DNA of 64,000 nt from Raillietiella orientalis (GCA_036172245.1 JAYWIR010000035.1:248001-312000); one strand, 5' to 3'. Counted from the stretch's first letter, positions 1 to 13,387 are shown. A program made the numbers and translations. The notes: generated from the letters alone by a model not told the origin.

Positions 1-1756
1 AAAGTTCAGGCACTAGATAAATGGGTCCAATCTGGCCAGCTCGCACCTCTCTTTTCTTGGGTTTGTTGATTATTAAGGGTTGATCCATGTGCATTATTTT
101 TGCATTGTATGTGCTGGCATAGTAAGCACAATAAGTGATTTCTTTATCTCCTTTTAGAAAAGTCATAGTAGGATTTTTGTTCCAATCTATATCATCAATA
201 CGATATGTTCGATTATTGTAAAATGTCATGATGATAGCACCAAGCAAATGCTGAGAACATTTCTCTTTATAGGTTCGTCGATCTTCCTCCATATAGTGGA
301 AGATTATATTAAGCACAGTATCCAAACGAACTACTTTATGGGTTATAGCAGCACACATTAGAATACTATTCTCTTTTTGCTGTATAGCTGTGGAGTACCC
401 AGGAAATAATTTAATCCTATACAAAGGGGAAAATCACTTTCTAATATTTATGAATTTAAATTCTACCTGAATTCTGGAATGTGGTGAACATGTTTATCAT
501 CAAAATAATTTCGTCCAATTAAATTGTACCCAAGATTTGACATGCTTTTGCGCACAAGCAAACCAAAAATCTGCATCATTTGATAATCAAATTTCGATAG
601 TTCATTTGTCAGCTTGACAATAATCTGTACTTTAGAACCATCTGCTCTTTCAGAATATAATTCCATAGGTTCTTTTTCCAATTTATGGGCCATGAACAAC
701 ATGGTACCATCAAAAATGTAGGCAGGGCCTAAAGTTTCCTTATGCACTCCAACCAGTGCTTTGCACTCTCTGGAAGTCTCTATCACAGGATTGAAGCTTA
801 CGTGATACTGGTAGATGTGCCAATTTACACGATTTTGTAATTTAAAAAAATTTGTTTGCAAAACTATAGGATCTCCACCGACACCTAGAACAAATCTTAA
901 TAAATCTTTACTACAATTAGTGATCCAACCTTGCTTGCTATCTGCGCTGGGTTGACGTGTTGCAACCAAATCATTAAAGTCACGCCTGAATCGTGATGTA
1001 CCCCTTCCTACAGATGTTCCAGACCTCATAACATCACCTATGGCACCTACAATTACAGTAAACATTTAATTTTAATGCTATCTAAGTGGACCGAAGTCAT
1101 AGTCGCATCAAAGTTTGCAACACAAAGCCAAAAACATAGTACATTGAAAACATTCATCCCTGTATTCATGAATCTAACTTGCAATCCAGAAATGCTATTG
1201 CACTTTCCAATGCTGCATTTTTACAAGAAAGCAAAACATTGAATGTATCGACATTGATTTATCAAAAACTCAAACTTTACAGATGAAACATGTCCTTTTT
1301 TAAGTAATAGTTCAAGCCGACTGATTTAACATAAGCTTTTCACAAAATGCTCAGCTAATTTAGAAAATTACACGCAATCTTCGCATTTAATATACACTTG
1401 ATAATCTTTAAAAATACTAACAGAGAATTCTGCTTAATAATCAGCAAATTTCAAGTAATGCACACTTCTATACAATAAATTTTGCAAAACTTTCTTAACG
1501 TTTCCAACACTTTGGTTATCCTCAGTTACAGGTGCTAAAGAAACTGAAGCACAGTACCCCTAAACAACTACCATTTTCCGAATTTTGAAAGTTGTAGTTT
1601 CAGAATTTTGAAGCACCTCAGACTTCAGAGAATTACCAAATTCGAACTCGGAACAAGATAAATGCTGACTTAGCATACTCATCTACAAAGCACTCCGAAC
1701 TTACCAAGGTCACGTGGGTGTGATCTTCCAACTCCAGAAGACTCCTCAACTTCCAT
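1..1756 (-). CDS. Piwi/Aubergine-clade Argonaute, N-terminal, linker and PAZ domains (3' part lies outside the window)
   Basis: Exons 1705-1756 (tentative first coding exon, MEVEESSGVGRSHPRDL), 930-1046, 467-884 and 1-416, all GT-AG and in phase. The translation has PIWI-clade hallmarks: SKQGVGGDPIVLQTNFF, IYQYHVSFNP, YIFDGTMLF, LIGRNYFD, LFPGYSTAI, HKVVRLDTVL, and the PAZ motifs TFYNNRTYRIDDIDWNKNP, DQPLII and IYLVPEL. Which paralogue (piwi, aub or Ago3) it is cannot be decided by eye. Confidence 0.93.
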
Positions 1757-2629
1757 CTTTTACAAACAAAGATAGGACAGACTCCAAGGGAGGGCCTAGA
1801 AACTAGTAGAGAACCTTCATCAGAAGCATGGCTCATGGAATTCCCCACAATCACAATCGCTGCGACCCCAGGTTTCAGCTCTGGCCCCCTCCCCCGAAAG
1901 CTTTCTTTCCCCGGGATCACAAGGCACCACCGACGACCCCCACTGCAGAACCACACCACGCACCATCCTCAGCTTGCACATGTTGGCTACCGAATGGAAC
2001 ACGCACAACCCCAAGAGCCGTGGATGCACAGCACTACATTCGAAGCGTCTAGTGCACTCAGCACCGGATATTCAATACTCCGCCAATTCAAAACTCTAAA
2101 TTACCGATGCCAGTATTTCAAAGCTCGTTCTGATTGAATTGTTTATTTCTTTCAGCAGCTGTTACGTTTACCGTGTTGTTCTTTGCTAACACCGAAACCG
2201 CATACACATCGGCAAGGTAAAAAAAAATGTCCAGTTAAAAAGCAAAGTAAATAAATGGTTAAAAGAATGGAAGCGAAAGTAAACTAGGCAGAAGTTGAGC
2301 TTTTCCCTGCGAATTTATACGAAAAATATTCGCAAATCTATTTCTGCTTTAATACATTACATTCTCCTTACATAACAAGACTTAGATTGCATGTAAGTGT
2401 GAGACAAATTATTATCGTTCAATCCAAAGGCAACAGGGAGATTTATTTAATGAATATTTCTAAAAGCGAAAAGAGCAATTCGTAAACGGTAACCTTTCAT
2501 TTAGTTGGATTAAATGGAAACATCATCTCTAAAAGAAAAACATAAGTTACATTTTACTGGGAAAAACTGACAATAAACAGATCACTCGGTAAAGCAAAGC
2601 ATCCTTGTCCAAAAGTAGTCTTTCCTTCT

Positions 2630-3850
2630 CTATATGTTAAAATGATTACTCAAAGCATTTAAAAGAGTGCTACTAAAAAAAAGCTGGAAAATGTGAATTT
2701 GAATACAAATGAAAAACATTTGTTTGAATTTCTTTAGAAATCTGTAAGCAGAATACATATCAAGGAAACATAAACTCGTTTCCAGGGTAAAAGTAACCAA
2801 CGGTTCCTTATGTGTATCATATAGTGAAAAGATCATTAAAGAAAATGCTTTAAAGAAAAGTTCACAATTCTTCCCGCTGGCAAATTCATAATGATAGCAT
2901 TATTAAATTCTCCCTAGGACGAACTGGGAACACTCAGTTTTGGAAAGAAAGGGGCCACAAGGCAGTAATGAAGGCTGTTTTTGATTTCGCCAAGAAATAT
3001 CGTTATTTTCAGTGGTCTCCTTAAATAAAAAATTCTTATTTTCTGTCTTGCTCACTTCGAAGGCACGGAACTATCTTTTTCTTGATGTGAAATTTGTACC
3101 ATGACGAAATTGTTTATCATCAGAATTGATTCGAGTTCAAGAAATCCAGTGGCTATAATGGAAAGCAGCCTTTTCGATTCCATACCTGTTAAATCTTTAA
3201 GCACAAATTGGGCAGAAAATAAATCACACACGAAAGAAGTCTGACAAAAAAGCACGAAGATCAGAAGCTTAATGAATTTCGTCTTTGTGCAAGTGAAATA
3301 AAGAAATAGAATATCTCTGGATATCCGTTCAAGGTTTAGAACTAAATGTTTAATAGTTTATGAGTGCATTCATTCAATTTAATTTTGAACCATTCGATTT
3401 GAAGACTATTCAAAAAGTTGCTAACCGCTCGTTCCACGAAACTAACTCTTTCCCATTTCTAAACTTCTCATTCGTGTAAAAAGAGAAGAAGAAGGAAAGA
3501 AACGCCACACATTTTCACGAGAATACAGAAAATCGATTCGTTTCCTTAGCAATATGTCTGGAATTTTATCCCCGAGCTTCGAGAGTGATTTCTTACTGTG
3601 GAGAAGAGGAAATGCATCTTGCAAATACATCTTTGCAAACGTTACAGGAATTTCTAAAATCCTGAAAGGCGTAAGATGTCAAGGATCGCAACTCAGTTTA
3701 GAAAAGCGTCTAGAGGTCGATTTAGAAGTCTGTTTAGAAACAACAGTTTGTTTTGCTTTTCCTTTTATTGAATGTGTCCACTATCGAGTTTGCAATTGGC
3801 AAGCAGTTCGAGGGCTGGATTGTAAGAACAGTCTATTAAATTAGAGTAGT
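2630..3850 (-). mobile_element. Heavily degenerate hAT (ZMYM1-like) transposase remnant
   Basis: Frameshifted minus-strand fragments appear in hAT motif order: GFLELES (catalytic region), HGTNFTSRK (cf. YDNGxNM), LLPCGP (cf. PCxxH) and SLYDTHKE (cf. LSxTRWE). No intact ORF or termini were seen. Confidence 0.35.
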
Positions 3851-6097
3851 TCACACTGGCTATGCTCTAAATGCATACGGAATCTTTATCCAATAACATA
3901 AATGGATTTCTCTCGATCAAAATTTGACAAGTCAGATATCATAAAATGAATTTTAAATCGTTCTGCTCGATGCGTGAAAATGTGAATTCTTTATTGTGAA
4001 AATTCATCTTACACAGCTAAATTATTCTACAGATTCTCAGAGGAAAGAGAGGAGAAACAATCATTCAATAATTTTTACTGTGTATGTGAAATCAATGGAA
4101 TTACTTATGTCTAGTCTTGGCTTTTTTTAACACTTGATGAGAAAATGGGATTGATAATAAAATACAGATATCTTTTAAACCTTATGAAGGATTAAGAAAA
4201 ATTGCTATATTGAGTTGTTTGTAGTCTTTCTTTTTTTTTTACTTTTAAAATTCTTTACTGAAGAAAGCCACAGCCTATATGAATAGCTTCTTAACAACAG
4301 CCAGAAAATCAAACAGATTCTATATTCTGCACGCCTATTCTTTTTGAATCGGTATCTTATAGGCAGTTACAGATAACCTAGCTTCCTTGTGAAAATAAGA
4401 TTCGTTTTTAGTTTTCATCTCCTTGGATGTAACATGGATAAAACTGAATTTCATGGAAAAATTCTCCATTAGGTACAGTTGCAAATTATTAATTGCATCT
4501 TTTCCAATTATATAACAGGCGTTATTGTCTTGGCCTTTGATATTGCAACGTTGGGTATATAAATCATTTTGCTTACGCCCCCTCTTGGTTTCCATCTTTC
4601 GAATTTCTGAAGATGTACTTCATAAAATAGCATCTATATTTCCAATCAGCACCGTATGTTGGCCTAAACAGAATAGCGTTTTTTTTCTCCTTTCATCCCA
4701 TTCGGTGCCTTCTTCATTCACAATTTAATTTTTTGCTTGCATACTGTAATCCATCCTCTCCGGATCGGAACTGCATCTTCATTACATAACAGTTTGCAGG
4801 CTTGTTTATTAAAGAACGAATGCATACTCTTGGGTTTCTGAATAGCAAAGGCATTTTTCTTTAGTTTTCACAGTGCTAAAATTTATGCATGAATTTCCAA
4901 AGATACTCCGAATTGTCGAATGGGTGATCTCATGTTAAAGTAATTCATGGTTCTCATGCAGAAAAATATGTTCTCATCTGTGCCCTGTCGTTTAGGCAAC
5001 CAATCTCCCGATATGCAAAGCAAAATTCGGCTTGCTTTTTAGCTTGGGACGAAGACACCTCGAAGGGCCGAAGCATTTAGAAAAGAATGCACGGTATTGA
5101 AGAGAAGATCTGCCTTCGAAGTGCTGGAGCAGGACAAGTACTTTATGCCTTTCATCAGCCAAATGCTAGTGATGGAGCTTCGTCTTCACATGTACGGACT
5201 TGACATACATGCGTATTCGATCCGTTCATTAGATAAAATGCACTTTTTTTGTCCTGTGCAGGATATGTCCTAGTAATCATGTTAGCACGGAAATGGATTT
5301 TCCAATGTTATCCTTCGGATCCTTCACTGCTGTACAAATAATGTTGAAGTTACTGAATCCAGATTTATTCCCTTCAACATCGAATGTGCTTTTTGAAAAT
5401 ATTGCTGACATGAAACATTTTGAAACCTGATTGCTGATAATTTTCACAGTCTACCGAAGCAGCAGTGGCTTGGTAGTTGATCGGGAAGGTTTCCTCAAAA
5501 AATCTCATTAGTTCCAGGGAGAACAGCATGATTTGAGCTTTCCCACATACAATCCAAACCCATAGTAGCAGTAAAGTTTACGGCTTTACAACCTACCAGA
5601 ATAGAGAAACATATTTTTATCCGGTCTGAAGTTATTTATTGTTTTTTTCCACTGAAGATTTATTATCCACGACTCGCATGGATACAGAGTTGACCTAGGT
5701 TACATGTATTCTCTTACCCATCATTTATTTTTTTATGCACTGTATACCATGTTTTCTTCCTTAATGTTGTCCAGGGTCTAAATCTATTTCAAGACAACTA
5801 TTTGGTAGCAAGCGCTGAACTCTTCGGACTTATTGCAAAAGCAAAAACGTGCACCTTCGTACAAAAGTTAGAGGCGGATATTTCTTATACAATTCCTCGA
5901 TAAACAGTTAGCCAGGGATGTGTTTCCAAATGGAAATGTTGTACCTGCGTGGTATATCCGCCTCATTTAAGCATTATTAATACATTCTGTTTTCAGTGCA
6001 CGCATATTAAAATGCATAACACCAAGGGGGGGAAAAAAAAAATGGAGTAAGCATAGTAGTAGCATGAACTCTTGAGAAAATGGAAGATTCTTTAGGG

Positions 6098-6363
6098 TAG
6101 CGCTTCCCTCAAACTACGTTCCGCGAAACATTCTGAAAATTAATTTATTTTAAATGCTATCAAGTTTATTTTACTATTTTCATGTTTTGTTTTACATAAT
6201 TAAGATCTGAGAATAAACGTTCGTTTGTTCCTTTGACTCCTATATGTACTTGCTTAATTTATTTGTTATTAGTATCTACCTACCCTATAAAATAACCAAG
6301 GTATTCCGTTAAATTTCAGGATTCGCGAAGTGTTCCGTCATAGGAAAAGTTTGGGGAACCCTG
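6098..6363. mobile_element. Non-autonomous hAT (Buster/Charlie-type) MITE, ~266 bp
   Basis: The left end TAGCGCTTCCCTCAAACT and right end AGTTTGGGGAACCCTG resemble Buster TIRs (CAGnGnTTCCCAAACT). The 8-bp flanks CTTTAGGG (6090-6097) and CGTTAGAG (6364-6371) match at 6 of 8 positions with a central TA, as expected for a Buster TSD. Confidence 0.6.
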
Positions 6364-7653
6364 CGTTAGAGAATACCGTGTAACCCATTGATTAGGAGAA
6401 AACACTTTAGGCTCGGATCGACCTTGTACTTGACTAACCAACAAGGATCTGTACAGATTTCCAGAGCTCAGTGATTTCCCGTGTCAGTTCGTGATCAAGT
6501 CACGTCTGTCGCTTAAAAGATGCACTGCTCGGCGCAGAAATCTGCATTTCCGCGCTCAAGAAAGCAACGCCTCCGCAAGTTTATGTAAACAGCATTCTTG
6601 TTGATGGCAGCTGCATGCATACCATGAGACTATACCACAAGCAACGCGGAACCCGTACGAACACGAAAGCGACTCGACATTGAGCTTCCTTTTCCCCTTG
6701 GAATCCGAAGTCCCTCCCGTCGTTTTCCCGCTCTTCGGGCGTAACGCAGTCGCTTTTGATTCGGCTGCAGGCAAACCGTCCGTTCGACCCCGGCGTGGGT
6801 TTCCTCTTTCTGACGACGCTGTCCGCGGCTGCTGTTTGCTTTGTCTCCAATTTGCTTGCCTTGCGGGCTTCCACGCAGTTGTACAGCTGAATGACCACGA
6901 TAGATGTTTTGCACTGCGTCCAGTTTGGAATCGTTCGGCTGCGTCTTCGTTCGGAGCTGATGGACCGCAAACTGGCTGTGGCTGGCAAATGCCTTCTTGC
7001 ACAGCAGCTCGCTACTCTTCTGTTAACAGGAATGGGAATTCCGTGTTCCACAATTTTTTTTTTGCGCGTTCATCCTTTATGATTCCGTTTTCCCACACGA
7101 TGGTTTTTCTGTGCGCGTTCAGAAAATCAAGCGAGACAAAAAGGGAGAATTCTCAAAGGGGAAGTTTTCCTCGTGTTCTGCCGAAAACCACGAGGAAGCC
7201 ATTCCTTTACGTTCCCCCCCGCCCGAGTCACCCGACTGTCCTTTGACAACTGACCCCAAAGAATGCTCGACAGCCTCTTTTCGGGTCTGCGGGCCCCCGA
7301 ATTGCGTTTCGGAGCTCCGTCCTTCGGCCATGACACCACAGAAGAACCCAAATTACCCACAAATTTCTCTCCTTCCTCAGCTATACGATCCTTTCGAAGT
7401 TTCATTCCATGGCTGCAGCTCACGCACAATCACTTCTGCGTTGGTTTTCCAAGTGCAGGACGATTTGTGCGGTACGCATACGAAACGAGTTTTTTTGTTG
7501 TTTTTGTTTTTTTCCGTTCATTATATCGAACATAGCGTGCAAATGCTCACATTTTGATTTTCGCGAATCGCCCCCCCCCCCCCCCCAAAAAAAAAAAATA
7601 AGTAAATAAATAAATAAAAAGAAAAATCATCAGTAAATTCGGATGGTCCCTCG

Positions 7654-7669
7654 GTGTGTGTGTGTGTGT
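7654..7669. repeat. (GT)n microsatellite
   Basis: gtgtgtgtgtgtgtgt, read directly. Confidence 0.9.
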
Positions 7670-9699
7670 GGAGAGGAATTTTTTTTAATTATTGTTATTC
7701 GTCTGCACTCTGACACACGAAACAGATTACTGCTTGGCAACAAACTCTTCGAATAATTTGAATTCCATTGGTTACGTAAATTCAAATTACATCGGATTGT
7801 AGGTCCGTGTGCACTTTCCTGTGTCCTTTTGGACCTGGAAGGACGGGTACATAGTACTCGTACATTGAACACCTTTCACGTGTGCATGCCGAAATTCCAG
7901 GAACGAAGAGGCCTCGGGAGTGGCGTGTGCAGTATACGTGGCAAGAGATCAGGGAAGAATCAATCTTTGGTGAATTCTAGTCGGTGCCTCGATTGCACAT
8001 ACGTTCGGGATTTCTCATTCTTCGTCGAACATATGTGGAGACAGTGCCACACGTACTGTACATCGTAATACTTCGGAAGGCAAGGTTTCGATCCCCCCTT
8101 CCGATCACTATACTTTAGAGGATTCTTGGTAATGCCATGATTCAGGAAAACAGTCATTCGGTGTGCTATTATGCACTTCGAATTTCAAAAGTAACACAGT
8201 GGTGTGAATTTCATCTTGCACACCACATCAAAACTCTAGAACACGCGAGATATTCCTATTCACACTCAGCAACAGCAATCCATTCCCTTAGATAAGGTAG
8301 CCTTAAGAGATCAGAGGAAAAATAAAAACTCTTTCGTTATTTAGAGCAGAATTCTTGATTCCTGCATATGTAAAAAAAAAAAAAAAAAAATTTGACTACA
8401 CTGTTGAGATTTTGTACCAAACGCGGGAAAACCCAAGTTCATTTGTCGGAAGGTAATTTTCCCTCAGTTTCCTAATTATCTTCCCTTCTGTCTCTTTCCT
8501 CATGATCGAATGCATACTCTGGATGTGGCGAGACATGGACCCCGAACCCTCTAAGCTCACTCAATAGGATGGTTTGAATGGAATTTTCTAGCACGAAAGG
8601 TCATAATCAGCGAGCTTTCGGGGCAAACTCTCAAAAGGTGTCTTATCTTCTTTGTCGCATCCCTTACACGCACATAGTTAACGAACATTATCTTACCAAA
8701 TGTTTATTTACATTTCAGCTTATCTCCATTTCTGAAGCCAACTTGAGAATGCCGAAAATTCTCTTCGTTGGCTCTAGACTAGCACGATTGGCGGTCGGGC
8801 GGCACGCATGATGATAGGTAGTAGAACTTTTTAAGTTGGAAGTAATATTTGGTGCTCCTGAAATTCCTCTCTCACATCCCGGTGTGGCAGCAACGACGGT
8901 CGACAAAACGATGCCGATCGTGTTCGTTTCACGTCTGACTGCCAATTCGGTTCCAATAACCGGTCCTGTATCAATTTCGTATGCTGGAGAGCCTCCAAAA
9001 AGGTGCGAGTGCCATACCATCAAGGTGCATCGTGGTATCCAGCCGAACAGGCTGGCTGGAACCCCGATACCATCGCCGCCCCTTGACTCATTGGGGGAGG
9101 GGAAGGTAGCGACACAGGAAGTTCCAACACAAAGAAATAACCGCGAGCATAATGTTTGCTTCGAAATGAACGTTTCATGTGCTCTGCCAAATTGGTATTT
9201 CCGCTTGCCTTCTTCCGTGGTTCATTCCGCACGACGTGGCTGCGAGGATTCCTTATGTACATTGCAAAACGAAAGATACATAGAATGAATTCATCTCTCT
9301 GATGGTCGGACTGGGGACGACGACGGAAGACAGATAGTTGTCAAATTAATTAATGTACATCGTGATACCATAAATTGCATATTATAAAAACTCTTAAGAG
9401 GTATTCTTCTGGCGATATTTAGGATACGGAAATCGGCCCTGTGGGAAACCTATCGCATTACAGCCACAAAAATCGAGCAGAAAGCGACGCATGAAGGGTT
9501 ACACCCCACGTAAATTCACCACACGTCCACACTTTTAAGTATCCTGCTCCCGTCACTCCCAAACCAGGCTAATCCCACATTCAAAAGTTTCCGAAATCGA
9601 TGTGTTCAGTGATTTTTTGGATCACGGTAATTTTCTTCCTTACTACTACAGCAGCACAGAAAATCACCTGCGAAAGACGGGCTTTATCGAAAATCATTG

Positions 9700-11500
9700 A
9701 TTAGCAAGGAATAGGCAAAGAGGAAGAAGAAGGCCGACAGCAACCTTCAGACAAGCTTAGAAACTGCTTTGGGCAGACTGACTTCATCTGCGCAGTGGCG
9801 TGTGCACGTGTAAATCTATTTGAGAGTTCAGCATAAGAGTCCAACATCTCTTCGCAAAACGGATCATGCTGGGCCGTGGATGGACACGTGACAAGTCGCC
9901 ATAAAAGCAACACCGAACTCTTCAACTCTTGTTCAAAACTGAGGAAAATGCGAAAAGTTCCTCGAAGACTGAATCGATCCCAGGAAACGGCACACAGTCT
10001 CTGATTGAATTTCAAAGTGATGACAGCTAAATTTACTTGATCCAACGAGTACGGCTGTTGGTGCAGTCATCAACCTCCAGTGGACCGCCTTAAACTTAGA
10101 TTTCATTCTGAAACATCAGAGAAACTCCTTGGAGACCTAAGAAGAAGTTCCTCCTTTCACTCATCTGTACAGGCTGCGATAGAGGGGGTGTTTCCTTGCT
10201 TGCGTAAAGACGACATTTTTCTTTAGTGGTGTCTACCACCCAGTGTAAGAAAATTCCGCATGAGACTCATTTCTAAACAGTTTAGATCCTCGGTTGATCT
10301 GAATGGTCCTGCCAAGGCATCCTTCTTTGAGCAAGTGATTTATGCAAGCTAACTTTGCTTCAAAATAGTGTCCGGTCTAAGGGACACTTCACCGTACGTG
10401 TACAGCATTCGCGGAAAGCTGCCATAAAATTCGCCTTTCGAAATACGATACTCCAGCTCATAGTGGGCCTGCAAATATTTGAATGTAAATGTGTACTGAA
10501 CTTCTGTCTGCAATAGCAAAATAGGCTGTGCTTAAGAATTATTCTGCAAAGGAAAATAAATTGTTTAATCATCATCATATCTCCTCAACCCCTAAACATA
10601 ACAGTAAAAATTTTATTCCGTTAGAATTTTAAGATACTCTTCCTACAGGAGGGTCGTCTTTTGAAGTTTTGTAGTAAAAAGAATGGCGTATTGCGAACAT
10701 AGTTCGTTTTTGTCAGATGCGAGTAAAGAACGACTTACATTTATGTTACAACCATGGTTCCACTCATCTGCAAACTTTAGGAATTGAAAGTCAAACAGTG
10801 TTTTACCTGCAATGGTGGTGCCTTATAATTGAAACCTGGCATGACATACCACGATTTTCGTAACAAATTCAATTAACATTAGTGATCTCTCAAACTGTTT
10901 GTGCAAACTCTGTCATTCAGATTTTGATAATTATTTCCATTATTCTCGCTGACTTATTCAATTAGAATTCTCTTCATTTGGTGCTCTAGAAATCCAGGCT
11001 ATCTGCAGTTCGGACGGAAAGCTGCTTAACTTGGATCCAATTTTTGGGTTTTCGCTAATCATGTACTATGTAAATGCACACGACTTATAAATATTACTTA
11101 GATGTATTGTATCTGTTGAGTTTAACAGCAGCTAAGACGACATCACTTAAAACACTGTCTCCTTGTCATATCCATTAATTAAAAGTTTTCTCAGGAGATC
11201 TTGGCATTTCCGAGGGAGAATAGTGTACCGTAAAAACACTAGCCATCAGCTTCTGAAAATCTGAGAGTGGCATCACGGTTTGATACTCGCTTCGCATCTG
11301 TTCTGTAGCTGTCTCCACATCAGTGTGCTCTCCGTAGAAACACATCCCTTTGGGAAAGAACGAATTATACTTCAACTTCCAGCGGCTCCTCAACATGGGT
11401 TAATTGTTTTGGTCAGTGATTGCTATACTGGCTTTTGTACACGAATCAAAATCGGATGTTCTATCCTGTATAGTCAGGACTGGCAATACGCTTCCTTTGT
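9700..11500 (-). mobile_element. Degenerate hAT (ZMYM1-like) transposase remnant
   Basis: ORF 9701-10045 (LLLWRLVTCPSTAQ...RFTRAHATAQMKSVCPKQFLSLSE) resembles the hAT C-terminal dimerisation domain. Weaker motif traces lie upstream on the same strand. Many stops and frameshifts. Confidence 0.4.
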
Positions 11501-11974
11501 TCACTTACATTCCTCTCCTTCGTGATTTCTGGGTCTAGTATGCGTTTATAAAAAGAAGTAATCGATAAAAAGTTTCAGGAACTTAAGAACACTTATTCTT
11601 TGCAGTTGCACATTATTTTTTTTTTTGAGTCTCGCGTAAAGGCAGCTTGGGATCCCATGCACAAAAGCCATGAGATTCTAAAGATTGTGCACCTGATGTG
11701 TTCTCATCAGCCATCTTCCACAGCTATCGAAACTATAGGGGTACCTAATATATTCCGTGTAACCATAAAATGCTATAATTTCCGTTACAGGATGGAGAGA
11801 ATCGCACGTTTCTACTTATTGTATTCGATGCAGCCATTTAAAATATGAACTGCGGCGAAGAGAAGCGAATCCGTGTGTCGAGAGTTCTCAGCAATTATGA
11901 AGTCTGTGAGGCCTAAACCTCAGAAAACTCACTGGTCACTAAATGTTTGGTATAGGTATAGCATGGTTTCTTAA

Positions 11975-12828
11975 CCCTTTGCACTTCACTGGCTCCTCTG
12001 AGGGGACATTCAAAATGGCACCACGGATCGACTGGCGCCGCTGAGGGGACGTGCATTGTGTTGATGCGTTAGAATGATGGACCACAGTTATGCATTCTTT
12101 ACACTGCAGACCAAAAATGTGCAACCCGTTCGTCGGCATGCAAAGTGAGTGAAAGCAAGCGCCGTGATCCTTCACAGCTTCCAGTCACAGATCTCTGCTC
12201 TGCAAGTGATACACAGTGTAAAGCGGCAGCCGTGACTTAAAGTTTGTTTGTTTTCGAACAGGACGTCGACCTTTCCATAAAAGTTGCTCTCTAATTGCCA
12301 TCAGTTTGTTGCAAAGCGATTTGCTGATAAAAAGGAAAGGGGCTGTGTAAATTTCGAATCGAGTGAAAGTCAAGAACTTCATTTATACCCAGTCGATGAC
12401 AATTTAACTGATAGTGCATCTGAAGAAAGTGCGAGTGATGGCGAAATTCTTGTGAACAGGTGACGAAGAATTGGAATGTTTGAGTGAAAACTCTTTCGGA
12501 GAAGGTGATAGAACGGATAGCAAAAGGATTCCAAAAAGGATTGATTTCACAGTATCGCCCAGGGTCACTGGACCACACACAGATTGCATCTAACATTGTG
12601 GAACCAATAGAATGTTTCTAGTTATTTTTCACAGAAGAGCTTGTCAAGAGGATCATCGAAGAAACCAACAGCTCTGCAAAAAGAATCGTTGCAGCGAAAC
12701 ATCTGATGAATGAACATTTATACTTTTGTTTTCTTATCAAAGCAAAGCCATTTCTTTTCAAATTTTTGATTGCGAAGGCATGCAGAAGTTGCCGGTCGGT
12801 CGTGTGTCAAGAAAGTGAGTGCAAAGGG
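11975..12828 (+). mobile_element. Internally deleted piggyBac element (854 bp)
   Basis: TIRs CCCTTTGCACTTCACT and AGTGAGTGCAAAGGG are flanked by TTAA (11971-11974) and TTGA (12829-12832). An internal acidic N-terminal stretch is followed at 12601-12700 by EPIECF*LFFTEELVKRIIEETNSSA, the piggyBac PxxxFxLFFxxxLxxxIVxETNxYA motif. Confidence 0.88.
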
Positions 12829-13370
12829 TTGAAGTAAAAATCAAACCACAGGCCAGTAGAACATTCCACAACAACGAAAAATACTTTCAAAGAGGAGATT
12901 TGGGATAATTGCGAGGAAGGGAAGGCAATTTTCCAAAGACTACCCTTGCGATTATTGTTTGAGACAAAAGGAAGTTGTGTTTAGCAACCACTTTTAATCA
13001 ATTAAAGGAGAGAAGTCGCTTGGCGAAGAACTACATTTCAAAGATATGCTAAAATAATGACTGTACACCTTTCTCGAAGTGGAATGTAATCAATTATGCC
13101 TTTGAAACAAAGTTTTTTGCCATGCACGACAGAAAAAGTACTCGACTGTTAGAAGGAGCAGGATTTATAGAATTAGTACGTTGTTGATCTATAGTGTGAA
13201 TTTGTCTTTTTTTTTTTTTTTAAAAAAAAAAAGTGAAGTCAAATGTAAAAGGCATTCCAAAGTAGGCAGTAAGATTTCTCACGCGTAGTTCAAGCTTCTA
13301 GTTAATTATGGATTTGAGCCTTGTTGCGCGATTGCTTGATGTTTGTTTGTTATACAGTTGGAGAAATCAA

Positions 13371-13387
13371 CACACACACACACACAA
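13371..13387. repeat. (CA)n microsatellite
   Basis: cacacacacacacaca, read directly. Confidence 0.9.

Noticed and set aside
8715..9288. Protease (IDTG) or Harbinger (RIFGILK) fragment
   Set aside because: Isolated short motifs from unrelated families with no collinear support.
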